Positions 36,158 to 50,389 of a stretch of 64,000 nt of DNA are shown in pieces. The position numbers and the translations under genes are program-made. The first letter of the stretch is position 1. The number at the start of each line of letters is the position of its first letter. A model generated the notes under the pieces. That model was not told where the DNA came from, searched no databases, and saw only the letters and a list, made by a program, of their open reading frames with translations. Source of the DNA: Eledone cirrhosa (taxonomy: Eukaryota); contig OZ024741.1 in assembly GCA_964016885.1 (NCBI GenBank), positions 178,002,001 through 178,066,000 of the forward strand. The letters run 5' to 3'.

Positions 36158-37330
36158 GATAACAAATTATCGTTATAGGTAATCCAATTAGAGGTTGTGA
36201 ATACTTCTTATTATGGATAGTTTTAGCGTACGGCGTTACTTGACTCAACAAGAGGTTTACGTAGATGACGAGTTTATGATTTCACTTGTATTCCTATGTA
36301 AGTTTATCTTGGAAATTGAAAACACTATTTTTTGTCGACATAAATCGGCGACTAAATTTGAGAACTTTAGACCAGCTTAATTCCATCTTATCTATTCCAT
36401 AACCCAATTTTGTACCACTTGGATCTATTATGATATCACATTACCAACATCATCATCATTATAATTATAATTATAATTGTCAACATCAAAACCTCTTATA
36501 TTTACATTCTTATTTTATATATCTCTATTTTTCACTCTTTATCTTTATATTTCTTTCCCTAAATTTATTTAATCTCTGTCATTTTATGTTATCATATAAT
36601 ATAACTTAAAATTAATTAATTAATTTATTTATTATAATAACCAATACACACATAAATATATTTAACATTATCATAATTTCACCTTATTATCTCTCCATAT
36701 ATTTCAACAATTCTCAAAATCCATTCACAATAATATTAATGTTTAAATATTCTTCGCACATTTTTTACTCTTTTTACTCATTTTTCGTATTTATTTTTAT
36801 TTTTATTCTTCATTTTTCACATTTTATACCATTTTATATCACATTAGATATAACTTATTTATTTATTTATTTATTTATCAATTTTTATATATATTTTTTT
36901 TATATATTTTTTGATGATTTTTTATATATCTACTTTTATTTGTATTTACATTTATTCATGTATTAACGTTAATTCATTTATTTATCTCTCTATTCTTCTT
37001 TCTATCCTACGTTATTCCTACTTATGTTTGTCTCTCCTCTATCTACCATCATCTTCTATATATCTTCTCTTTATATTTCTATCTATAATAATTTCTCCTT
37101 TTTCTTCTTCTTTCTATTTTTCTTTTTTTTTTTCCTTCTTCTTCTTACTCCTTCCTTTCATTTCTTTCTTTACTGTATTTATCTCACTTTATTCTTCCTT
37201 TTTCTCTCTATTACCTTATTATTAATATTATTATTGATGATGTAATTTGAATTTGTAAATTTGCCGGTTACATATATCATTTTTTAACAGTTTCCGAAGA
37301 TCTGATAGAGTTAACATCGTATTTAAAAGA
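36155..37330. mobile_element. Inverted-arrangement pLTR remnant of the same family as 6097-6740
   Basis: 36155-36310 matches 6097-6250 in the same orientation; 37225-37325 matches 6390-6470 inverted. Very AT-rich interior. Confidence 0.55.
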
Positions 37331-37439
37331 GAGTACTAACCAGTATGATTTAGAATGTAGCACAATGGAAAGCATCCAGCAGAGAGCTAACTCCATACAC
37401 CAGTGTATAACTGTAACTATCGACTACCCTTCCAAACAC

Positions 37440-38429
37440 CCTAACAGTAGACTATGGAACTGTGGATTAACACTACAGACAAGAGGGCTCAACACTCCAC
37501 TCACACTACGCTAAACCCATTGCCTCCAAATACCTGATACTCAAAAACTCAACAATGTCCAGTAGTGTTAAGTTTACTATTCTGATCGCAGACTGGTACG
37601 AGTGGTGAAGAACGTGTCGCGAATGTGCGACCCAACAGAGATGGAAAGACACATCCAACACGTGATCCACCGCATGCAGTTCTCTGGCTACAACCAAAGA
37701 GACAGAATCAGAGTATACGATGAAGCCACAGAGTAGTATAAGACCCTCATAGAACTGGACATGAAAGGAATTTTCCCATTATACAGGAGCAAATTATGGA
37801 ATAGCTCAGATAGGGCTAAATATAAGATAGGGAAAAGCACTTCATGTTACAACAAGCAGAGATACCAGAGTGTCATGTTCGTGGACGCTAACCCTGGAGG
37901 GATATTAACAAACCAGTGTAGAAAGGCCCTGAGAAAGACCCACTTAAAGATTAAAGCTGTAGAAAAGCCAGGAACTACCATAAAATCCCTGATCAGCAGA
38001 ACATACCCTTTTAAGAAAACCCACTGTACTAATAGGAAATGTATTATATGTAAAGTAAACCACCGGAAAAACTGTAAAACGAGAAACATAGTCTATAGCA
38101 TAAGATGTAAAGATGGAACTTGCAGAAACATGACAACAACATACATAGGCGAGACATCTCGTAGCATAGGAGAAAGGATAGACCAAAACTGGGGGGAAAT
38201 AAAACGACGAAAAAACGGTTCAGTACTATACGAACACGCCAGACAACAGCATGACGGTAACATAGACAACATAGAAATTAAAATAATATCTAAACATAGA
38301 AATGACCCAACACATAGGCAAATCAGAGAGGCAAGTGAAATAGAACTTAGAAGGCCAAAGCTAAACAGAAAAAATGAAGTGAATAACAACAACACCCAAA
38401 CAAACAATACTGACTTAAGAGAAATATAA
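37440..38429 (+). pseudogene. PLE C-terminal RT region + GIY-YIG endonuclease (a different family)
   Basis: HYAKPIASKY...RMQFSGY...PLYRSKLW upstream. ORF 37761-38429 has CTNRKCIIC, IVYSIRC, YIGETSRSIGER, RQIREA, LNRKNE. Confidence 0.85.
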
Positions 38430-38604
38430 ATAAATAAATATGTACACAAGCACAATAACAACAAACACATATAATCTCACTCTAGTAAACTAAGATAGAA
38501 TACAATAACCAAAACACAGTCACCCAAACACGAACACACACACACCAAACACTATACACACACGGAAACGCATGCGCAGAGAAGAAGAAAAAAAAATAAA
38601 CTGA

Positions 38605-39069
38605 TAAAATAAAGATGGCGTAGATATACAATACAACAGGAGGAACATTATAGCACCACTGATGATGCTGCAGTTGTGCAACGAAAGAACTTTGTTAGAC
38701 TATACATATGTGTTTATATCTATATTATATCTGTATTTTTTTACCGTTGGTCAGTCAATGGTAACATTCAGGACCGAATGAATTAACAGTGGAGATATAA
38801 AAAATACAGAAGCGAAAACCAACCAAACAAACTGAGTGTGTTCTGTTATCATTTCTGGCAATATTATTACAACAATATGACCCTCCTCAAGTATAACAAT
38901 ATTTGTTTCGACACACGATTTCATATCAAAAACCTCGCAAAACAAATAAAAAAATATATATATAGTCTATCAAACTTCTTTCGTTGCACATCTGCAACAT
39001 CATCAGTGGTACTATTATGTGTCCTCCCATTGTAGTGTATTGTTCTGTAATGTCTACGCCATTTTTATT

Positions 39070-39070
<1 letters not shown>
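38605..39070. repeat. Inverted pair of PLE-type terminal repeats with hammerhead-like cores
   Basis: gatggcgtaga...ccaCTGATGAtgctgcagttgtgcaacGAAAgaactttg (38613-38705) recurs inverted at 38960-39065. The interior 38790-38905 recurs inverted at ~63645-63745. Confidence 0.7.
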
Positions 39071-39144
<74 letters not shown>

Positions 39145-40206
39145 TTCTTGTCTCCGTCTGTGCACATGCGTTTGCGTGTGTATATATATATATTTGTGCC
39201 TCATGGTATGCTATTACGGAAACTATACAAACGAAATGGGAATAGAAAATATTATGTCAGTTTCCCTTAGCTTAAATGATTGTGAAAATGTGGATATACG
39301 AAAATGAACAATAAAACGATATTCTTTTCTCTCTTTCTCTTTATCTCTCTCTTCCACTCACACGCCCACACCCTCTCCCCTTACCCTCTCGCTATTTTTT
39401 TTTTCAGTTCATATTGGATGGTTTAACTATTGGCGTAGATCTAGTCCTTCTTTGTATACGGTGTTGTCACCACAAGAATGTCTTGAATAAAAGGAATGGT
39501 GGACGATACGTGTTATTGCTTTGAGAAAATCTTCATACACTCTTGCAATACTATATTAAATATATTTCATTCGTGGGTTTTTCTTTGTTTTGTTTATGTT
39601 TCTAATGTGACTTCCTGTGTTATAAACATTGTTAAACATACATTTTGTTTACTTTCCTCTATCCATCACCTGGTCGTGTTTGATTTCATAACACCACCAT
39701 TCTGCGAATTTTGACTACAATATATTTGCAAATGAAATTTACTTTTCAATTTTGAAGCAGCCAATGTTCTTTCTATTTTATTCCTTACGAACGATATGAA
39801 TATAAAATGGAGTTTTCTTCATGCTTGTTGTGCAGGTGATTTACTTTTACTGTGTTTCTTTAAAATGCAATATCCTTGAAGCACCGTGTTTGAAATTTCT
39901 CTCATAAAAGCTGGGTTTTTTATCACATAATTTCTTTTTCAATTTGTAGGTTTCGACATCGTTTCGTTTATAATTTAACTCCTTGGTAAGCAAGAAAATA
40001 TACTTATCTGAGAATAAATCAAACCAAATGTTACGTCCACCGCATCCGCTTTGGTGATCCAACAAACGTAGCTGTGCAATATTTCAATGATTCCATATTT
40101 GAATACTTTTATCCACAAGCTAAAGAAAGTTTCTCTACGCGTTTCTGTACTTAACAAAGAATATCATAATCCTTCATATCATAATCCACTCTATTACAAA
40201 GAAATA

Positions 40207-40385
40207 ATTATTTCTACTTTTGGCACACGGCCAGAAATTAGCCCAGTGCATTACTGATACTCTATCTTATCGACCCCGTAAGGATGAAAGGCAAAGTTAA
40301 CCTCGGCGGGATTTGAACTCAGACTGTAAAGGGACGTAACCATGCTGGAAAGCATGGCGTCCGACCCTCTACCGATACTGCCAAT
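40207..40385 (-). mobile_element. SINE family A (short form)
   Basis: Clear match to the other copies. Confidence 0.88.
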
Positions 40386-41924
40386 GAGAATAACTGGATA
40401 TGTGAATACACAGGATGATCAATGACACATTTCGTTATTTCTCCGCAACGGTTTCGGAGGTAACCTTCTCTGGCTAAAGAGTTAAAGAACAATTTCAACA
40501 GCTAGGTCAATAAAATCATATAACTTGTCAGCACATTGCTGCAAAGTATTATAGTTATTTTTTTACTGCTATGTCAAATATTGATTTACCGTTATCATAT
40601 GTTACATGGAAAATTATACCGTCTATTGTTATACATATAGTCTAGAGTTACATAGAATATTTACTTTGTCGTTTTTAAGCAGTGTGTTATAGGAATAAAC
40701 CATAGATTGATCTTGAAACAAGCATATAAAAGAAGGATAAAGTTTGCAAAGCTAATTTGCTTCATAATAGTATCTCTAAGTATACTTCATTGGAGCCAGT
40801 GTTGGACATATTAATATGATGCGATGTACCATTTCTGAAAATGCAATCCGGGGCAATCTATATACTAGATCTGTGGACAATAACGTTCGAACAGAGTCAT
40901 TCAGTTATTTATATGGTGTAGAATTATTTGACAATCATTTGGCTGCTATTTCTAATAGGTTGAGTGACCACATACGCTTTCTTACGGTTCATTATATTTT
41001 GTATGTCCGTGTTATTTCTGCTGTCATTGATTTAGTATTTAGTCGCTAGAAATCTAAGCCAAGTTTTCGGGATAAAACTGTTTGTGCGGTAATAATTGGT
41101 GGACTAATGTCTGCTTTTTTACAGTCAACAAGACGCTACTAGTGGGCTGTAAACGATGTTTAAAGAAGTTTAGTTTTGTGGTCTATAGATTTAGGTAAGT
41201 TACGTTCCGCTACAATGCTATAAAATCTTATATGATGGCGGCTACTACAAATTTATTGTCATGACCATATCTGTTTCTAATTGGGAATAAAAATATTTGG
41301 CTATTTTTTACCCAGTCAAAATATTCATTTCTCATTAACATTTATACAGATTGCACATATAGTTGTACTTTCATATATGCCCCAGAATTTATTTTAAAAT
41401 GAAAATAAAGCTTATTATCAAACTCTTGTATTATTTCTCTTCTCCGAATTAGTTAATGGTGTTTGCAGCTTTTAAGTTTATTTCGTTATTTTGTCACCTC
41501 AATTCATTTTACCATTCCATATGACACATTAGTGTTCATGATAAAATATTTCACAAATCTGAGGACATTCTCAAGTGAGGGGAAGTTTACTGTTTATTAC
41601 ATTATGGCTCCCATGATGAGCTGGCCCCTGCGTTTGCTTTCCCGCAGGGCAATTGATTATCAGAATAATTAGTGCGCCGGATGAAATATCTTGCAGCATT
41701 TCATTACGTTTCGGTTCAAGACTTATCATTTCATAACGCATTAAGCCTGCAATATACTGTAATAAACACAATTGTCCGCAGGAGACATTATGAATCTAAT
41801 GTGGGTAATGACTCTATTCCTTTTAAAAGTGCATCTTTGTCTGATGAGACAGACGATTCTATTTGGTAACACAGTTACAGCAGTATTTATCATATGTTAT
41901 TATTCTTAATTATAAATGTGATGG

Positions 41925-42127
41925 ATGACTAGCAGTATCATAAGAGCCCCAGCAAAATGCTTGCCATTCGGTTACGGCTCTTTACTTTCTAAGTTCAAAT
42001 GTCGCCGAGGGTAAGTTTGCCTTTCAACATTCCGAAATCAATAAAATAACGTTCCAGACAAGAACTAGGGTAGATTTAATCAATTGTTCATCCCCTCAAA
42101 CTAATGGTTTTGCCTTAATTAGAAACA
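41925..42127 (+). mobile_element. Diverged SINE family A (long form)
   Basis: cagtatc...aagttcaaat...gccgagg...tttgcctttca...ataaaataa...tagaaaca. Confidence 0.65.
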
Positions 42128-42999
42128 ATTTATTTAGACCCCAACATTATGGTTAACTTATTTCCATGTATTTCTATAACAATATATTGTCTATTGTTAC
42201 GTGAAGCGTAATCTTTTTTAGAAGTAATATTGCTATAGAACTTTTCAGGAAAACGTAGCTTAATTCCCCTTTAAATAAACATATATTAAACTATAGTTAA
42301 TTCATCAACCACAGGCAATATAGGTGTGAGTTTATACAATACATTTCCTGTATCTATTCTTTAATATTGCCACACACGGTATCCTTGCTTGTATTATATT
42401 GGCTGTTTCTTGACAACAATTTTCTAAACATCTTGGCCTGGCAGTTCATTTTTTACTTTAATTATTAACATTTAATACATTCGTTTAGTCGTTTCCTATC
42501 CATCTTCTGTTTTATATCGTTTGCATGTATGAATACAGGAGAATGTTTTTCATTAGTGTAGAAATCCCAAAATACGTTATCATAACTTTTAAAATTAATA
42601 ATTACTTCCATACTTTGGTTTTTCGTAAACGTATCTTTGTTTTTCTTCATTTCTGTGAATGTGTTTTTTTCCGTTCTTGTATTGCTAATTCATTTACATT
42701 CCAGTTTATATTACTAAAGTAGAATTGCAATTATCGACACTCTCTGCTATCGGAGTACAAATTGCATCTACGTCGACAGCTGCCGTCCACTACTTTGGGG
42801 TCGATCAAGTATCAGTTATATATTTGAGTTGTTTTATACTTTGTTTTTCCTTCGTCATTTTACTCGGAGTTGGTTATGGCGAAGGGGCCAAGAAATGTGC
42901 CTTCAGTAATCCTGTCATAATCACCATGTGCACGCGTTAAGATAGATCTATATTAGCATTCTTCTCTCCTAGCGCTTCATCACAAATTCCAGCCCACTG

Positions 43000-43900
43000 A
43001 CCCAACACTAGCTGCCCTTGATACCTCTTCCATATTTCAGTCCTATCTATGAAGATTAAGAGCAAGACATATTACAATGCACACCCTTGATGGTGTCCGA
43101 TATCCAAATTGAATGGTTTTGACTTAACAACATTCATCCTAATAGTAATGTTTGAGCATTCGTATGGGGATTTCAAGGCAAAATAAAATTAGTCGATACA
43201 ATAATCCTGCAGAACCTTCCACAGCAGGTCTCTTGAAACGAGATGAATGCCTTTTGCGAGGCTTAGGAAACAATAGCCATCTTGGTAATACTTCAAGATA
43301 TCGTAGTTTGAATATATGGTCTCCTGTTATGACCACGGAGAAATCCACACTGTCAACTAGTTTAGATTCGAAAAAGTACTTACATCTAATTGCGAGAAAG
43401 CGTAGACGTAGTCGAGGAAGTTTAACAAGAAGATCCCTCTATAATTAGAGGTGTCTCTCTTGTCTCTCGCTTTGAAAATTGCGATAAACACTTCCCATTG
43501 CCAATGTTTAGGTGACATTACAGAGATTCACGCCACTCGGCACCAATGGACCAACCGGAGAATACCTTTTCGATTTAAGGCTGTTAACATCACGGGCCGA
43601 ATTGAATAATTCCTTGAGTTCTTGCCACATGCAACCTCTTTAATTTCCCTGGTGACCTCAGCTTGCGATAGATTATGTTTTGTCCCCAGATGCACCTCAT
43701 ATAAATCTGATAGTGTCGTGACTGGATTTAAGAAATTAACAAAGTATTTTCTCCATTTCGCAAGGACACATATCTCTTCTTTCAGAAACCCAAGAGGAGC
43801 TCCAGTTAGCAGACCTAAAGTGGGTCTTCACATTATGAAAGTGGTGGATGGTTTTCCTAAAAAATATTATTTGATAAAGTCAAAGTCCATGCCTTAACTT
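43000..43900 (-). mobile_element. Decayed RTE-like LINE RT remnant
   Basis: Minus strand QCGF...DHIFKL and CFLSLAKGIHLVSRDLLWKVLQ, a degenerate FVDLxKAFDxV..LWKVL motif. Confidence 0.55.
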
Positions 43901-44024
43901 GTGCGAACAATTATCTAGCAGAAAGCTCTAACGGCGGGAAATAACAGCATTTATGCTTCAAATCAAAATTAATATTAAAATACGAATGTTTATCATTACA
44001 AATGTTAATACTGATTTCTAATTG

Positions 44025-44210
44025 ACGCAAACTGAAGGACACAGTTCATTAAATCAACCTCAGAACGCAAATAATACTATATGCTATGAACACAGGAAGG
44101 GTGAAAGACAAGGTTGACCACATTGAGTTCTTTATTCCGAATATAAATAGATAAACCAAATAGCGCAATTTTATTTTATCGCACAGTCTACCAAGTCAGC
44201 CAGTCCACCA
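44025..44210 (-). mobile_element. Highly diverged SINE family A
   Basis: aagggtgaaagacaaggttgacc...ctaccaagtcagccagtccacc resembles the family consensus. Confidence 0.4.
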
Positions 44211-45959
44211 CTCGTAAGGTAACGTTGAATATTCACATTATTTTAGCCTCCCTTTTCTGCCTTTCAGGTAGAATAATATAACGCATTCACCTCGACCAAT
44301 TCAAGGGACATCTCATTCGATTTCCTCGGAAAACTAGCTTTGTAATTAATCTATTTCCTGCCGCATACAAGTTTTATTAACAACATATTGATGTTCATTA
44401 TAATCTTAGCCATCATTCCCATCCATGTTAGTCAAGGGCAAATACAATCATTTACTAACAGGTTTATATCAGCTCTACAGCAGCAAAGCAAAGATTTCAA
44501 ATTTGGATACATGTTCCTAAATTTTTTCAAAATTCATACGCTTTATGTTTTAACTATCATCATTGACATTGTTATTACTGTCAACTGTAACATCGCCATC
44601 CTCGTCATTATCGACATTCCATCAAGGTCGTCATTATCTGTTCCACAATCATCAACTCTATTATCGGCTATATTATCACTATCAAAATCATTATCCCTCT
44701 TATTAGTATGTTTAATCATCATAATCTAATCATAATAATCGTCATCATGAATAATTTCCCTATTCTACACTTTTCCAACCAATCAACAGCATTACTAACG
44801 TCGCCATCGTCATCACCATCATCATTGTCATTATCACAATAATCGACTTCATCAACATCATCCCAACCATAAACTTCAGCAAGATAGCCATCATCACCAC
44901 CTTATTTAAAACCATGTTCATCAGTGTCTTCGTTTAAATTTAATGCACATTTTTTTATTCATTGCTTTACGCATTTATCAATTCAGTCATTGATCTGTTT
45001 TCTGGACTGAATTAATCAGAATTCGCCGGCAGATATATGCCCCGTGATTCAGATGGTAATCCTTTTGACATTGATTTTTAATGTTGCATTGACCCACCGA
45101 ACAAAACAGGAGATAGTGCGGGAATTAAGAGAAATGATTTGATTCGGCCAATTGAAAGAGTACGTCGAAGAATCCTGCCATGATAAATTATTGAAGTTTA
45201 TCTATGCTTCCTCTCTAAAGTACAGGGTTTGAGATGAAGAACAATATCTACAGTGAAGATATCCGGAACCGTTTTTTAATTGGTGCCATCATGTTTGCAG
45301 ATAATTTGAGGATTAATCTGAAGAATTATAATGAACACCATGTAACAGAATATAAGAGAGTATGATACCGTATCATGTAACTATCTCTTTTGCAGTTCTA
45401 AATATTTCTAATGAAGATTTATGGTGTTCTGTCATGCATAATACATATTAATCTATAAAGCATTATCTGGAATGTAGAGAGTCAAGTGCTATTGTTGCGT
45501 GGCATTATAATAAGAGACCTCAGTGCTAGGCAATTTCTAAAATAACCTTAAGAATTAGAATACGTACTCTTTGTAGAAACATCTTTTCTATACATTTCTA
45601 TCTTGCTGAGACTAAATTTTAAAAGTCTTAAATGCATTTAACGAGGTGTCTTAAAAGTTTCACTGGAGGGAGCTTTTATTTTACAATTCTATCGTAATTT
45701 TTTCTAATGAAAAATGTGCACGTGTTGATATATTTGATACTTTATTTTTACGAAGAATTTCATATTGTCTATAACTTAGATAAATGAGGTACAAAAACAT
45801 GTATATCATGTGAAAATATGTCTTCTAACAAAGGAATTCGCCATCTCCTTTATACTTAGATTTCTTAAATTGTTTTCTTCAGAGACAACACGATCACATT
45901 TTAGAGATTTGAATATGGTTTATTGATAGCCATGTGAAAATAATGTCATTTGTTCTCGA

Positions 45960-46950
45960 TATTTCAGTAAAGGTTGATTAAAAATGCAACGAGCCACATT
46001 CATTTGTCTGTATTATTTATTTTTGTGACAAAAGAAACAATATATTTAGAGCAACTCATTGTCAAGAACGTCTTAAAAACGTCACTATATTCGTATGCTT
46101 CTATCAATAAACAGGACATGTTCCAAGTGACTCCCCATTTGAATTCATGCATTTTTGAGGCACTTGGTGGAATTTAGCATATCGTTTTTACAAAACGACC
46201 TAGAGATGGCACTGATCTAGAGCCTGATACTTTTCTTAAGTTTAATGATGGTTTATGATTTGCTCTCGTATACCACATCCTTCAGATAACCCCAAAGAAA
46301 GACATCTTAAGAGCTTAAATCTTAGGTGTAAGTGGCCCACTCGAAATCTGACCAAACGATTTCGAAAATTATTTTTCAGCCATACTCACGATTTATTGGA
46401 GATATGTTGGCCTGCTCCGTCTTGCTGGAAATAGGTAGGGCTTATTCATTAGAGATAATTACATACCCTGAATCTCACTTTTGAAGTCTTCCAGAAACTC
46501 CATACAGTTATTCCTCATTCAAGAAGAATGGAACAATCAACACTCTCTCGCAAATGACAGTCTAGACGCTACATTTCAGTGGGTTTCTCTTACTCCCGGG
46601 ACTTTGCTCTTAGAGTTGATCTTCTCCTCTAAGGGAAAGTGTGTTTCCTTAGAGGCCCACAGCAGATTAAGAAAAATTGTATTCTAGCTTCTTTGTTTGT
46701 GCTTAGTCGTCCTGTATCAGTTTGCTTTTAATAAGATTCCAAATCATACAAAGTTTTTCCATGTTTTGAGAATATTCCCTTCCCCAACAAAGCTTATTTT
46801 TAATAGAGCCCCTTACTAATCTGAAATATACCCTTGTAATACCTAAAGAAGCGCTTTTCGTTTTTAAATGTTATCTTATACAAAAATATGCATAAATAAC
46901 CAACTATTATTTTGCCGAATTTGAAAGTTTATTAAAGCGTTGACAATAGC
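45960..46950 (-). mobile_element. Decayed Tc1/mariner transposase remnant
   Basis: Minus strand YFQQDGAGQH (~46405-46435) and a degenerate WPxxSPDL..D.FLWGYLKDVVY (~46268-46340). Boundaries are approximate. Confidence 0.7.
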
Positions 46951-47343
46951 TTTACCTTAATATTCAAATATACGTTGTATTCGAGCATGAATACTCTTTT
47001 ACTCTTTTACCTGTTTAATCCATCCTGCTGAGGCCATACTGGGGCACTATTATTTAATTACATCACTAAACCTATACGGCCCATGAAAATTATACTGAGC
47101 ATTTCAAGTTATATTCCCGAGACAATAACCGCTACAATTCAGGCATAAACAATTCACAATTTTCTCTATATACGGAGGCATGTATGAAATCTTTAAACAT
47201 CACGAACCATTTCTCTCACAACTAAGCCTCCTAATTTAAAAGAACGGTAGTTTTAGGTACCATACCCATAACTTAATTTTCAAACATGTGCCATTTTCTA
47301 GCATAAATATTAATTTTATACTACAATATTCTAAGCACACGTT

Positions 47344-47595
<252 letters not shown>

Positions 47596-47607
47596 TTAAG
47601 TCATTTG

Positions 47608-48220
47608 AAGAATATTTATTTGTTTCCTTTACCGGTTTCACGGTTCTTATGCTTTTCAAACGTAGAATTGAGATGGAGGGTTTGTGCTTTTTCTCGCATC
47701 TGGTTGGTACTCGAATGTTACTTCTATTTTATGTGGAAAACAGTGGCTCGAATTGATAGTTTTTTAAAAAACTAATTTGGTTGGTTGATGACTCTCACGT
47801 GAATAAGTATAATAAATTTCGCGCCAGTTCGAGTAACAAAGTCCTTATTGTATTTGCCTTTAAATAAAAAGGGGTGGAGGCTCAAATTGTTTTTTTTTTA
47901 TAAGTGGAATTTTACTGTCATCGACCAACCAAATTTATGAAAAAACAATTTGAGCCCCCCTTTTAAAAGGCAAATACAATAAGAACTTTGTAACGCGAAC
48001 TTGCGTTAAATTTATTATACTTATTCACGTGACTGTCATCAACCAACCAAATTACTTTTTAAAAAAACCTAGCAATTCGAGCCACTTTTTTTCACATGAA
48101 ACAGAAGTAACATTCGAACGCCAATCATATGCGAGAAAACCATAAACCCTCCATCTCAATGCTACTTTTGAAAAGCAAAGGGGGTGTAAAACCGGTAAAG
48201 GAAACAAATAAATATTCTTA
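47608..48220. repeat. ~290-bp-arm inverted repeat element between (TA)n tracts (non-coding, probably PLE-derived)
   Basis: 47608-47903 is the diverged reverse complement of 47935-48220, with an outward-facing TTGAAAA...GAAAccggTA hammerhead-like motif. Confidence 0.85.
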
Positions 48221-48307
48221 AAAAGACACCAGACTGCATTTCGATTTCTTTTCCTTATACTTTCACTCGTGTAGGACATCTCGTTTTGTTTTTTCCTTAA
48301 AACAAAA

Positions 48308-48352
<45 letters not shown>

Positions 48353-49431
48353 GCCTGATTATCTCTACCAAACAATTCAAATTTAGCATCTATGTTACTT
48401 ATATTGATAAACACACTGCTGAATAATTTAAACAGTTTATCATGTAAAACTAATTACCAAACATGATGAAAAACGGAATGACCACACGACTAGAATTTAA
48501 ACTCACTAAAATCCTTTCTGTGTTGTTTATTGTTCCTTTTTCTCTGTTAACATTTTATTAATCTTTTGATCTGCCATCTTTTAAAAATATTGCATAATAT
48601 ATATTTCATGTTTAAAGGACCTCTGAATATAAGTTCTATTTACATATTCTGGTCTTGAATAATTCAGAAGAACTATTAAGCCATAGTGTACTTATAGACT
48701 AAGTATAATTGTGAAAGAAGCATTACATTGATTTGTTTGCGTGATAAAATATTTGCAGTCACTAAAAGTAATATCAAAGGAACCTTCAAATGAATGAAAA
48801 GGGCTTTAATTTTTACTATTTTTTTTCCTCAGATACATTTTTAATACTTGAATGTCATGAAGTACAGATTGCTTAGATTCTGGGTACATCTGGTTTAATA
48901 TGTTTATAATCAAAGGTATTTAAGCCCTGACTATCCCTTCGTTTATTTTTTAGAAATAGTATCTCTATATCTTTAGTACCTAATATGTCCTCTCTTTTCA
49001 CACATGGATCTATATTACTTGAGGTCGGTATGGTTACTATTTTTAATGATCTTAAAAAGACTCTTTCATTGTAGTGGATTAAAACTTTCTGTACTTACAC
49101 CTAAGCTGAAACCTAGTGCAAGCAAGGAAACTACATTGCTGATATTTGAAGCCATAATTATGTCAAATAGTCTTAAACAATTCGTGTTCATGCATTCTGA
49201 TATACACAACGGAAATAACTAAGCGTGGGTTATTTGTCTTTGTTTTTCCTTTTCTCGTGATTTTGCCACATCTCACATGTTTTGCTGTGTTGCCATATAA
49301 CTGCTTCTGAATTCGGTATTTCATAACTATTAGAATATTCACCTATTCACATTCGTTTACTTAATGTTGCAAGAGTTCTCCATAATATTCAGGGTATCAT
49401 AAAATAAAATATGAAAGAAATGAATGTATCC

Positions 49432-49628
49432 TATTATTAAAGGTCTAATTTCGAGACAAGCCCAGCAATTTGAGAGAAAAAATGTCCACCAGTATCCGAA
49501 TAGTACTTTCATTGACACCAGAAAGTTGAAAGTCACAATTGACCTCGGTGGAATTTCAATTCAAAATGCAAAGAGCCAAAACAAATGTCATACATTATTT
49601 TCTCCGTCGCTCCTATGACTCTGGCAAT
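49432..49628 (-). mobile_element. Diverged SINE family A (long form)
   Basis: caagcccagcaattt...ttgacctcggtggaattt...atgactctggcaatc. Confidence 0.55.
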
Positions 49629-49776
49629 CGACTTCCACTGTAACTTAGTATTAAAATATATCGAAACAAGATTCAACTCATCTACGTTCCTCGAAATAAG
49701 AATCAGAACCACCATAAATCAAATGTAATTACAATTTGACATGTGTCACCGATATATATAATATATATAATAGAGA

Positions 49777-50389
49777 CTAGCATTGGTACCCGGTGTTGCA
49801 CGGGATAAGTTATTTTGGAAGGCGTTCCGCAAACAGACTTACTTGTGGTAAAACTGCATGCCTGGACAATATGTAAAGAAAATAAACCGAATAATCTTTA
49901 AGATTTTCCTCGATGAAGCAGAAAAAATGCAGGTTTTCACCTAATGCGGACCCTAGGGGATCAACATAATGAATTTTTTTTATGTGTATAATATGCCTTG
50001 AAATTTCGGGAAAATTGGCTAGACGTAAGGCCTCCAAAATGCCCTAAAAAGCTGAAAAAGTGAAGTTTTTCAGCTAATGCGGGCCCTAGGCCATAAAAAG
50101 TTGGATATTCTTTGCTCACGGTATATGAAGAAGAGACTGACTAATATATAGTTACAATTTCAAGGAAATCGGTCTGACGCAACGCCTCAAAAAAAAAATT
50201 AAAAAGCTTAAAAAACGCAGTTTTTCACCTAGGAGATGAAAAAGTTGAATTGTTTATGTGCATAACACTCACTGAAACATAAGTAATACACATGAAAAGT
50301 TTGAAAAAAATCGGTTGGATACTCCTCGAGTTTTAGGGATTCAAACTCACAGACACACACACAGACATCCTCAGTTTTATATATATAGA
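49777..50389 (-). mobile_element. Non-autonomous Helitron
   Basis: Minus strand begins TCTATATATATAAAA followed by a short TG microsatellite and ends with hairpin cccgtgcaacaccggg plus CTAG. Inserted between A and T without a TSD. Confidence 0.9.

Noticed and set aside
39400-40160. Possible host exon or transposase on the minus strand (LDHQSGCGGRN...)
   Set aside because: Short ORFs with stops, no motif I can assign, and no clear splice structure.
44388-44930. 113-aa hydrophobic ORF resembling a secreted or membrane protein
   Set aside because: It lies in degenerate (ATC)n low-complexity sequence, which explains the Ile/Ser bias.
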